DNA of 15,196 nt from Candidatus Hydrothermales bacterium (GTDB taxonomy: Bacteria; Hydrothermota; Hydrothermia; Hydrothermales; JAJRUZ01): contig JBCNUW010000030.1 in the NCBI GenBank assembly GCA_039630575.1, positions 1-15,196 of the forward strand, in the 5' to 3' direction. The translations under genes and the position numbers were made by a program. Positions 1 to 7,845 of this stretch are shown here, in pieces. Each line of letters starts with the position of its first letter. Position 1 is the stretch's first letter. The notes under the pieces were generated by a model, which had not been told where the DNA came from, searched no databases, and saw only the letters and a list, made by a program, of their open reading frames with translations.

Positions 1-319
1 CGAATTTTTCGAATACAAATATTTTGATATTTTTTTCGTTTTTGAAGTGATTGTATAGGGAATTTTTTAGAACTTCAATGTTTACGAATTCACCTTGTAG
101 GAGTTTTTGGGAGAGTTTCTTAAGAAAGAAGCCTTCTTTTGAGTCTTCCTTTGTTAACAAAAACTTCACATAATTTATATTTGTTTCTGATAGGAATTTT
201 TCAATCAGTTCACTTTTTAAGAGTCCTGGTTCACCACATATTATTATGTATTTTTTATCGAGACTATTTTTCAATTTATCTAAAGCTTTTTGAGGAAATA
301 AACTCTTTAATATTTCCAC
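1..319 (-). CDS. Partial CDS (runs off left edge), degenerate P-loop/AAA-like N-terminal domain; HolA-like is an alternative
   Basis: Manual translation from GTG at 319 is open for 106 codons to the edge: MEILKSLFPQKALDKLKNSLDKKYIIICGEPGLLKSELIEKF...NIKIFVFEKF. Walker-A-like GEPGLLKS and possible Walker-B-like IFVFE; starts 9 nt after the comEC stop. Confidence 0.7.
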   Translation of the reverse strand, partial: MEILKSLFPQKALDKLKNSLDKKYIIICGEPGLLKSELIEKFLSETNINYVKFLLTKEDSKEGFFLKKLSQKLLQGEFVNIEVLKNSLYNHFKNEKNIKIFVFEKF

Positions 320-328
320 TTTTAAATT

Positions 329-1438
329 TTATTTTCTTAGGTATAGTATTTTCAAGGAATAGAGAAGGATCGGTAAAAAGATCAATACTGATAATACGGC
401 ATAGTTTACTTTCTCCGTGTAGAAAAAAGGTGAAATTCTTGAAAGATAATCAAGTGTTATAAAGGTTATATGAGTTATAAATTCAGAAAAGTTAGCAAAT
501 TTAAGTGAGATAAAAGGACATATATCAGCTGAAATTATAGTTAATATTCCTCCTAAAAGCGATAGGAAGGTAAGTGGAGAAAGAATTATATTTGATAAAG
601 GAGCAACTATGGATATGTTTTTGAAGAAAAAATATATATAAGGATAAACAAAAACCTGTGCTGATAGAGAGACGCAAAAAGGTAGATATAAAAAATTTCT
701 AATAAAACTATTCTTTATTTTTGGTTTTTCAAAAAGGGGAAATAAAACAGAAATTCCTATAGTTGCAAGATAGGAAAGATGAAATCCTGGATCAAAGGCA
801 CTTTCTGGAAATAAGAAAAGAGATAAAAGACCTGCATTTCCGATTATAGAAAGAGGGTGAACCCTTTTGCTTTGAAGAAGTGATGAAAGGTAAAAAATTA
901 TCATAATAAAGGATCTTAAAACAGAAGGTCTCAATGGTACTATCGTGACATAAAAGGTTATAGCGAAAATTGAGAACAAAATTGCTTTTTTGAAATTTAT
1001 CCTGAAAAAAAGAAAAAGAAAGATAAAAATAGATGTTATTATAACCATATGGAGACCTGATATAGCTAAAAAATGTAGTGTCCCTGTTCTTATAAAATCC
1101 CTTAGAACTTTTTTTTCTATCTTTGTTCTTTCACCTAATATCATAGCAAGCATAAAATCTTCAGTTTTATCTTCAAACATTTTCTTTATTTTATTTTTGA
1201 AATAGGAGTTTAATTTTTTGAATAAAATTGGATAATCTATTTTTTTCTCATTAGGTTTGTTTAAATTATAGTGAATATTACCAAGAGGTAAAAAGGATAG
1301 ATACTTAAAAGGAGCTAAAAGTAACACAATAAATAAAATTATACTGATAAGAAAATTTTGAAAAATTTTGCCTGTACAAATTCCGGAAAAGAATATAATG
1401 AACAAGATAAAACTCGGATATTTTTTTATAATTTGCAT
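329..1438 (-). CDS. comEC: ComEC/Rec2 family competence protein, core membrane domain only
   Basis: Motifs AMILGER, TGTLHFLAISGLH, RPSVLRS, FDPGFHLSYLAT, APLSN; many TM segments. ATG at 1438 preferred over TTG at 1486 (start uncertain). Confidence 0.88.
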   Translation of the reverse strand: MQIIKKYPSFILFIIFFSGICTGKIFQNFLISIILFIVLLLAPFKYLSFLPLGNIHYNLNKPNEKKIDYPILFKKLNSYFKNKIKKMFEDKTEDFMLAMILGERTKIEKKVLRDFIRTGTLHFLAISGLHMVIITSIFIFLFLFFRINFKKAILFSIFAITFYVTIVPLRPSVLRSFIMIIFYLSSLLQSKRVHPLSIIGNAGLLSLFLFPESAFDPGFHLSYLATIGISVLFPLFEKPKIKNSFIRNFLYLPFCVSLSAQVFVYPYIYFFFKNISIVAPLSNIILSPLTFLSLLGGILTIISADICPFISLKFANFSEFITHITFITLDYLSRISPFFYTEKVNYAVLSVLIFLPILLYSLKILYLRK

Positions 1439-1461
1439 TTTTATAAAATTTATGGTATTTT
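1433..1461 (+). promoter_or_regulatory. Putative sigma70-type promoter for the cold-shock gene
   Basis: TTGCAT (1433-1438), 17-nt spacer, TGn + TATTTT (1456-1461). AT-rich background makes chance matches likely. Confidence 0.3.
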
Positions 1462-1517
1462 TTAATGCTTTTATTATATGGTTCAATTCCGTATTTATGT
1501 AATTTAAGGAGTAAAAG

Positions 1518-1724
1518 ATGCGCTTAACTGGTCGTGTGAAGTGGTTTGATTCGAAAAAGGGTTACGGATTCATTGTTCCTGATGATGGGTCAGAGGAGCT
1601 TTTTGTCCATTATTCAGACATAGAGGTAGAGGGATTCAAGACCTTAAAACAGGGTGAAGCTGTTAGTTACGAGAAAGTTAATTCTCCCAAAGGGCCAAAG
1701 GCAGTAAAAGTTCAAAGGATTTAG
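1518..1724 (+). CDS. csp: Cold-shock protein (CspA family)
   Basis: [15 protein letters not shown] (RNP1), LFVHYSDI (RNP2), GFKTL, KGPKA; SD AAGGAG at 1506-1511. Confidence 0.96.
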   Translation: MRLTGRVKWFDSKKGYGFIVPDDGSEELFVHYSDIEVEGFKTLKQGEAVSYEKVNSPKGPKAVKVQRI

Positions 1725-1747
1725 TTTAAATTTTAAAATCTTAAAGG

Positions 1748-2761
1748 GTGGAAAAAATTGGTTTAGTTGGCTTCCCCAATGCAGGTAAATCAACTTTCTT
1801 TTTTATCGTTACTGGAAAGGATGTTGAAAGAAACATATACCCTTTTACAACTGTTGGTAAGAATGAGGGAAAAGCAGAAATTGAAGATGAACTTTTAAAA
1901 AAACTTGCAGATAAAAACAGATCAACTGAAATAAGAAATTTTAAGATAAACATATATGATATTGCTGGTATAATCGAAGGAGCCCATAGGGGTGAGGGAC
2001 TTGGTAATGAATTTCTATCTTATATTAGAGAAGCTGATCTTTTAATTTTTATTTTAAGAGGTTTTAAAGATGAGAGAGTTTCATCCTATTTAAATGAAAT
2101 AAGCCCTGAAAAAGAAAGAGAAATACTTTTACTTGAACTTTCTATTTCTGACCTTGATAGAATAGAAAAAAAACTTCAGGAAAAAAATTTAGATAAAAAG
2201 TTAAAGGATAAACTAACAGAAGCAAAGGAAAAAATTTTAAAAGGTATTGAACCTGAAGATATAAAGAATTTCCCACTTCTTATGGCTAAGAAGAAAATTT
2301 ATGTAATAAATTCGGATGATAAAAACAAGGATTATAAGCTAAATGTAAGGGAAAAATATTTTGTTTCTCCACTTAAAATTTTTGAAGAGTTAAGGGAATT
2401 CAATGAAAAAGAAAGATGTGAGATATTAAAGGAATTAAAAAAAGAAGGTTTTGATACTCCTTCAGAAATTTTAGAATATGCTTTTAGCTATCTTGATTTT
2501 ATTAGATTTTATACCCTAAAGGGAGAAATTGCTAGTTCTTTTCCACTAAAAAGAGGATCAACAGCTTATGAGGCAGCTGGAAAAATTCACAGTGACATAC
2601 AAAAGGGATTTATAAAAGTTGAAGTCACAAAACCATTTAATTTCTTAGAAACACCTTCTTGGAGAGAGTTAAAAGAAAAGGGACTTATAGAAATACACGG
2701 TCCTGATTATATTGTTAAAGATAGAGATATTCTTGAATTTAAGTTTTCTTCTACCTTATAA
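1748..2761 (+). CDS. ychF: YchF/Ola1 family ribosome-binding ATPase (Obg family)
   Basis: G1 GFPNAGKST, YPFTT, G3 DIAG, GAHRGEGLGNEFLSYIRE, TGS domain AAGKIHSDIQKGFI; GTG start; common position upstream of rpsF. Confidence 0.88.
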   Translation: MEKIGLVGFPNAGKSTFFFIVTGKDVERNIYPFTTVGKNEGKAEIEDELLKKLADKNRSTEIRNFKINIYDIAGIIEGAHRGEGLGNEFLSYIREADLLIFILRGFKDERVSSYLNEISPEKEREILLLELSISDLDRIEKKLQEKNLDKKLKDKLTEAKEKILKGIEPEDIKNFPLLMAKKKIYVINSDDKNKDYKLNVREKYFVSPLKIFEELREFNEKERCEILKELKKEGFDTPSEILEYAFSYLDFIRFYTLKGEIASSFPLKRGSTAYEAAGKIHSDIQKGFIKVEVTKPFNFLETPSWRELKEKGLIEIHGPDYIVKDRDILEFKFSSTL

Positions 2762-2775
2762 TTTTATATAAAAAA

Positions 2776-2841
2776 GATCTCAGGACCTGGTTAGTATTTA
2801 CCGGGTTCCAAGCCCTACCTGAGATCCTCTTGAAAGGAGGA
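2776..2841 (+). promoter_or_regulatory. Structured rpsF leader, candidate S6:S18 autoregulatory RNA element
   Basis: GC-rich island: GATCTCAGG (2776-2784)/CCTGAGATC (2818-2826), inner ACCTGGT (2785-2791)/ACCGGGT (2800-2806), C-rich 3' bulge, then TCCTC (2825-2829)/GAGGA (2837-2841) covering the SD. Confidence 0.6.
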
Positions 2842-2845
2842 AAAG

Positions 2846-3163
2846 TTGCAAGACTATGAGATGATGCTTATAGTGGATCCAGATATTGATGAGGAGAAAA
2901 GAAAGGAAATATACAGAAAAATAGAAATTATGATTGAAAATGAGGGAGGAAAAGTTTTGGATATAAAAGATTGGGGATATAGGGAGTTTGCATACCCCAT
3001 AAAGCATAAAAATGGTGGTTTTTACAGTATATGGGAATTTAGATCGATTCCAGAAACTCCTAATTTTTTACGTTCGCAGATGCGTTTGATGAAAGACATA
3101 TTTAGGTTTATGATAATAAAAAAGGAAAATGTAAAATCTTTTAAAGGTAAAAAAGGAGGATAA
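2846..3163 (+). CDS. rpsF: 30S ribosomal protein S6
   Basis: YEMMLIVDP, DWGYREFAYPIKH, IFRFMIIK; TTG start with SD AAGGAGG; rpsF-ssb-rpsR-rplI synteny. Confidence 0.95.
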   Translation: MQDYEMMLIVDPDIDEEKRKEIYRKIEIMIENEGGKVLDIKDWGYREFAYPIKHKNGGFYSIWEFRSIPETPNFLRSQMRLMKDIFRFMIIKKENVKSFKGKKGG

Positions 3164-3166
3164 GTT

Positions 3167-3595
3167 TTGGCTGAAATAAAGATTCCTAATATGAATTTGG
3201 TTATACTTTCAGGTAGACTTGTTCAGGATCCTGAGATGAGATTTGGTTCCCAGGGACGTGCTGTTGCAAGATTTAGAATTGCTTCAACAAGAGTTTTTCG
3301 TGACCCTGCATCAGGTGATTGGAAAGAGGATACCCTTTTTGTTAATGTTGTTACATTTGGATCCTTGGCAGAAAGATGTAATCAAAGGTTATCAAAGGGT
3401 TCTCCTGTTTTTGTTGAAGGTAGATTACAGTCAAGAACTTATGAGACGCAAAGTGGTGAAAAAAGAAGTGTCATTGAAGTTGTTGGGTTAAGGGTTCAAT
3501 TTCTTGAAAAAGAGAAAGCAGAGGAAATTTCTGCTTCTCCTGAAGAGGAACTGCCCCCGGAGGAGTTACCTCCTGAGGATGAGCTACCCTTTTAA
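3167..3595 (+). CDS. ssb: Single-stranded DNA-binding protein
   Basis: NLVILSGRLVQDPEMR, VFVEGRLQSRTYE, acidic tail ending DELPF; SD AGGAGG inside last rpsF codons; TTG start. Confidence 0.97.
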   Translation: MAEIKIPNMNLVILSGRLVQDPEMRFGSQGRAVARFRIASTRVFRDPASGDWKEDTLFVNVVTFGSLAERCNQRLSKGSPVFVEGRLQSRTYETQSGEKRSVIEVVGLRVQFLEKEKAEEISASPEEELPPEELPPEDELPF

Positions 3596-3598
3596 TTT

Positions 3599-3829
3599 TT
3601 GACCAAAAAAGCCATGAAAGCAAATAAGTGCAGATTTTGTAAAGAGGGGATCGGTATCATAGATTACAAGGAAGTAGAAATTTTGAAAAATTACATAACA
3701 CCGCGTGGAAAGATAATGACAAGGAGACAGACAAAGTTATGTGCCTACCATCAGAGGAAACTTGCACTTGCAATTAAAAGAGCAAGACAGATGGCTCTAC
3801 TTCCTTTTGTTAAAGAATACGTGATTTAA
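3599..3829 (+). CDS. rpsR: 30S ribosomal protein S18 (Zn-binding C+ form)
   Basis: [46 protein letters not shown]; start may be TTG 3599 or ATG 3614. Confidence 0.97.
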   Translation: MTKKAMKANKCRFCKEGIGIIDYKEVEILKNYITPRGKIMTRRQTKLCAYHQRKLALAIKRARQMALLPFVKEYVI

Positions 3830-4276
3830 ATGAAGGTTCTTCTTTTGAAAGATATCAAGGGTTTGGGGAAGGAAGGTGAAATAAAGATAGTTAAGGATGG
3901 TTATGCAAGAAATTATTTGATACCAAAAGGTTTAGCTGTTGAGGCTAAAGAGGGAGTATTGAAACACAAAGAAGAAATAGAAAAACAGAGATTAAATAAA
4001 GAGAGACATTTAATAGAGCAGGCTGAAAAAATTAAGGATGCTTTATCTTCTATCTCATTGTCTTTTACTGTTAAGGGAAAAGATAGAACCTATGGTGCTG
4101 TTACAAAGATTGACATTATGAAAGCTCTTGAAGAGAAAGGTTTTAAGGATATTAGAAAAACAAATATTGTATTAGAATCTCCGTTAAAGGAACCAGGTTT
4201 ATATGAAATTCTCATTAAATTACATAGAAACATAGAAGGAATAGTTAAAGTTTGGGTAATAAGGGAAGAGAGTTGA
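3830..4276 (+). CDS. rplI: 50S ribosomal protein L9
   Basis: [49 protein letters not shown]. Confidence 0.97.
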   Translation: MKVLLLKDIKGLGKEGEIKIVKDGYARNYLIPKGLAVEAKEGVLKHKEEIEKQRLNKERHLIEQAEKIKDALSSISLSFTVKGKDRTYGAVTKIDIMKALEEKGFKDIRKTNIVLESPLKEPGLYEILIKLHRNIEGIVKVWVIREES

Positions 4277-4971
4277 ATTCCTTTTTTTTCTGGCATTTAA
4301 CATTTGCTCACTTTTTAACTGATTATCCTTTACAAACTGATAAGTTATTTGAGAAAAAAACTAAAGATATATGGGGAATTTTCATTCACGGATTAGTATT
4401 ATTTTTAACAATGTTTTTACTTTTATTACCCTTTTCTTTCTCTTCAGTTGTAATCTTAGGAATTTCAGTTATAACTTTACTTCATATTGTTCAGGATAAG
4501 TTGAAAGTTTTTTTATCCTATAAAGATGAGTTGGGGGAAAATTTTTTTTACTATATAGTTGATCAGTTTGTACACATATTTATTATTTTTATTTTTTCAA
4601 AATTTTTTCCTTTTCCAAAGGTAAACGGAAACAGTTTTTGGTTTGATTCCTTTCTTTTTAAAATCTTTACTTTTCTTATAGTTGTTACCTATGCTTACTG
4701 GATACTCTTGTATTCAATAGAGTATACCTTTTTTAAACATAATGACCTTGTTCATGGTAAGATGAAAATTTGGGGATTTATTGAGAGAGCCTTTGTATTT
4801 TTATCTTATTTTATAAATCCGTTTCTTTCATTTCTCTCATTTCTTTCAACTATTTTTTTATTTTTTTTCTCACCTAAAAATGAAAAGAAGTTTTTTATAA
4901 TTTTTCGTTCCTTTACTGGTATAGTTTTAACTATTTTTACATCTCTTATCTTTTATAATTTTCTGTTATGA
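4273..4971 (+). CDS. DUF3307-like polytopic membrane protein
   Basis: [25 protein letters not shown] and GFIER motifs; TTG at 4273 overlapping the rplI TGA is preferred over 4252. Confidence 0.75.
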   Translation: MNSFFFWHLTFAHFLTDYPLQTDKLFEKKTKDIWGIFIHGLVLFLTMFLLLLPFSFSSVVILGISVITLLHIVQDKLKVFLSYKDELGENFFYYIVDQFVHIFIIFIFSKFFPFPKVNGNSFWFDSFLFKIFTFLIVVTYAYWILLYSIEYTFFKHNDLVHGKMKIWGFIERAFVFLSYFINPFLSFLSFLSTIFLFFFSPKNEKKFFIIFRSFTGIVLTIFTSLIFYNFLL

Positions 4972-5420
4972 ATGAAACAAAAGTGGTAGAAGTTGAAGTT
5001 TATTCTATTTATCAACAAAATTTAGAAACAGAGGGAACAGCTGCTGATGAGACATTTGTTGTTGTACTTAAAGAAAAAAATAGAAACAGATTTTTACCTA
5101 TATGGATTGGTAAACCTGAAGCACATGCAATTTATATGGGTATAAAAGGGATAGTTTATGAAAGGCCCTTAACTCACGATCTTATAAAAAACATCATTGA
5201 TGCTTTTGATATTGTACTTGAGAAAATTGTTATAAATGCCTTAAAAGATACAACCTATTATGCAAGGTTACTTTTTAGAGATAAAGAGGGAAATATTTAT
5301 TCAATAGATGCAAGACCGTCAGACTCAATAGCAATAGCTTTGAGAACAGGTTCAAAGATTTATGTTGCTGAGGAAATCATGCAAAGAGGAGAAGAAATTG
5401 ATTTGAAAGAAGGAATTTAA
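4968..5420 (+). CDS. Bifunctional nuclease (BFN/DUF151) family protein
   Basis: LPIWIGKPEAHAI, RPLTHDL, TYYARL, IDARPSDSIAIALR; ATGA overlap with upstream gene. Confidence 0.93.
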   Translation: MNETKVVEVEVYSIYQQNLETEGTAADETFVVVLKEKNRNRFLPIWIGKPEAHAIYMGIKGIVYERPLTHDLIKNIIDAFDIVLEKIVINALKDTTYYARLLFRDKEGNIYSIDARPSDSIAIALRTGSKIYVAEEIMQRGEEIDLKEGI

Positions 5421-5442
5421 AAATTAAAAAAGGAGGTATTTA

Positions 5443-6936
5443 ATGAAAGAATATTATAACTATATTAATGGTAAATGGAAACCTTCAAAATCAGGTAAAT
5501 TTTTTGAAAAGAGGAATCCTGCTAATAAGGATGAGGTTATAGGACTCTTTCCTAAATCTACAGCTTCAGATGTTGAGGAAGCTGTTTTAGCGGCTAAGAA
5601 AGCTTATGAAAAGTGGTCAACAATTCCGGCTCCGAAGAGAGCAGAAATAATGAGAAAAGCTGCTGAGATTTTAGTTGAAAGAAAGGAAGAGATTGCAGTA
5701 CTCCTTGCAAGAGAAAATGGAAAAATTATGAAAGAAGCAAGGGGTGATGTCCAGGAAGGTATTGATACTGCCTTTTATGCCTTCGGAGAGGGAAGGAGAT
5801 TATTTTCATACAATACACCCTCAGAGTTACCAAACAAGTTTGCTTTAACATTTAGAAGACCAGTAGGTGTTTTTGCTGTTATAACTCCTTGGAATTTTCC
5901 AATTGCTCTTCCGTCTTGGAAGATTTTTCCTGCTCTTTTAGCGGGTAATACTGTTGTATTCAAGCCACCTTCTGATGCTCCAGCCTGTGCCTATGAACTT
6001 GTTAAAGTTCTTGAAGATGCTGGTACCCCACCTGGAGTTATAAATCTTGTTTTTGGAGGAGGTGGTGAGGTTGGTGAAATTTTACTTAATCATCCTGATG
6101 TAAGTGGTGTAGCTTTTACAGGATCTTCTGAGGTTGGATCAAGAATAGCAGAGATAGCAGGAAAGCACCTTAAAAAGGTTTCACTTGAACTTGGTGGGAA
6201 AAATGCTCAAATAGTGATGCCTGATGCAAATCTTGAGCTTGCTATTGAAGGAGCCTTATGGGGAGCCTATGCTACAGCTGGACAACGATGTACTGCAACT
6301 TCAAGAATAATTCTGCATGAAGATATTTATGATAAATTTGTTGAAATCTTTGTTGAAAGAGCTTCGAAATTAAGAGTTGGAAACCCACTTGACGAAAAAA
6401 CCGAAATGGGTCCTGTAATAAGTGAAAGTCAATTAAATAAAATTCATCATTATGTTGAAATAGGTATAAAAGAAAATGCAAAACTTGTCTGCGGAGGTGA
6501 ACCACTAAAGGGTACAGAATATGAGAAGGGATATTTCTATAAGCCTACCGTGTTTGTTGATGTTGATCCCTCTATGACTATAGCTCAGGAGGAGATCTTT
6601 GGTCCTGTAGTGGCTATTTTAAAGGCAAAAAATCTTGATCAAGCAATAGAAATTCTTAATGGAACAAAGTATGGTCTTTCTTCTTCAATTTACACACAAG
6701 ATATAAATAATGCTATGAAAGCAATTGAAAAAATTGAAGCAGGAATTACATACATAAACGGTCCTACAATAGGTGCTGAATGTCACTTGCCATTTGGCGG
6801 TGTGAAGGCAACTGGAAATGGACATAGAGAAGGTGGTTGGACTGTTTATGATATATTTACGGAAATAAAAACAGTATATATAGACTACTCAGGAAAATTA
6901 CAGAAGGCTCAGATAGATACATGGGAAAAAGGATAA
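5443..6936 (+). CDS. NAD(P)-dependent aldehyde dehydrogenase, substrate unknown
   Basis: ITPWNFP, FTGSSEVG, catalytic Glu in LELGGKN, catalytic Cys in GQRCTA, EEIFGPV, PFGGVK; SD AGGAGGT 5431-5437. Confidence 0.96.
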   Translation: MKEYYNYINGKWKPSKSGKFFEKRNPANKDEVIGLFPKSTASDVEEAVLAAKKAYEKWSTIPAPKRAEIMRKAAEILVERKEEIAVLLARENGKIMKEARGDVQEGIDTAFYAFGEGRRLFSYNTPSELPNKFALTFRRPVGVFAVITPWNFPIALPSWKIFPALLAGNTVVFKPPSDAPACAYELVKVLEDAGTPPGVINLVFGGGGEVGEILLNHPDVSGVAFTGSSEVGSRIAEIAGKHLKKVSLELGGKNAQIVMPDANLELAIEGALWGAYATAGQRCTATSRIILHEDIYDKFVEIFVERASKLRVGNPLDEKTEMGPVISESQLNKIHHYVEIGIKENAKLVCGGEPLKGTEYEKGYFYKPTVFVDVDPSMTIAQEEIFGPVVAILKAKNLDQAIEILNGTKYGLSSSIYTQDINNAMKAIEKIEAGITYINGPTIGAECHLPFGGVKATGNGHREGGWTVYDIFTEIKTVYIDYSGKLQKAQIDTWEKG

Positions 6937-6939
6937 ATT

Positions 6940-7845
6940 ATGAATAAATATAAGATCTTAATTACAGACAAAATACACGATGAGGGAAAAAAATATTTAA
7001 TTTCTAATGGTTTTGAAATAAAAGAAATTTTGAATCCTACTGAAGAAGAACTTGTTAAAATCATAAAGGATTTCCACGTTCTGATTGTAAGGAGTTCTAC
7101 AAAAGTTACAAGAAAAGTTATTGATAATGCTTATAATTTAAAGATTATTGGAAGGGCAGGAGTGGGACTTGACAATATAGATCTTGATGCTGCAAGAGAG
7201 AAAAATATTAAAGTTTTGAATTCTCCTGAATCTTCATCTATAGCTGTTGCAGAACTTACTCTTCTTTTTATTCTCTCAGCTTTGAGAAGGCTTCCTGATG
7301 CTCATTTTTCAGTAAAGAGTAGAAAATGGGAAAAGAGCAAATTTATGGGAAGAGAACTAGCTCTCAAAAAGGTTGGTATAATTGGTTATGGTAGGATAGG
7401 TAGGGAAGTAGCGAAAAGGCTTAAAGCCTTTGAAACTGAAGTTTTTATTTTTGATCCATTTGTTAAAAAAGAAGACAACTTTGTATCCTCACTTGAAGAA
7501 CTCTTTAATATGTGCCATATAGTTACCATTCATACGCCACTTAATCAGAGTACAGAAAACATGATTAACAGGAATCTTCTTGAAAAGGCGAGAAAGGGTA
7601 TTATACTGGTAAACACCTCAAGGGGTAAGATAATTAATGAAGATGATCTTTTATGGGCTTTAAACGAGGGAATAGTTTCTATAGCTTGTCTAGATGTTTT
7701 TTCAAAGGAGCCTCCAGAAAATTATGAATTGCTCTCTCATCCAAATGTAATCTTAACACCTCATATAGGTGCTCAAACTGAAGAGGCTCAAAGTAAAGCC
7801 AGTCTAATTCTTGCTAAAAAGATCTGCGAAGAAATTGGAGGATAG
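6940..7845 (+). CDS. D-2-hydroxyacid dehydrogenase, SerA-like, without ACT domain
   Basis: GRAGVGLDNID, AVAEL, GYGRIG, catalytic NTSRG / LDVFSKEP / TPHIGAQT; 301 aa. Confidence 0.9.
   Translation: MNKYKILITDKIHDEGKKYLISNGFEIKEILNPTEEELVKIIKDFHVLIVRSSTKVTRKVIDNAYNLKIIGRAGVGLDNIDLDAAREKNIKVLNSPESSSIAVAELTLLFILSALRRLPDAHFSVKSRKWEKSKFMGRELALKKVGIIGYGRIGREVAKRLKAFETEVFIFDPFVKKEDNFVSSLEELFNMCHIVTIHTPLNQSTENMINRNLLEKARKGIILVNTSRGKIINEDDLLWALNEGIVSIACLDVFSKEPPENYELLSHPNVILTPHIGAQTEEAQSKASLILAKKICEEIGG

Noticed and set aside
139..462. 107-aa plus-strand ORF
   Set aside because: Antisense shadow of comEC and the partial minus-strand gene; no motifs.
2803..2815. tRNA T-arm-like GGGTTCCAAGCCC
   Set aside because: The enclosing structure is only about 51 nt with no full cloverleaf or CCA end; better explained as an mRNA leader.
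2798..3007. Short alternative ORFs (this one, plus 990-1205, 1741-1953, 3243-3491, 4090-4296, 5775-5963, 6272-6505, 7814-8014, 9845-10087, 11840-12112)
   Set aside because: All overlap well-supported genes in antisense or another frame and lack recognisable motifs.
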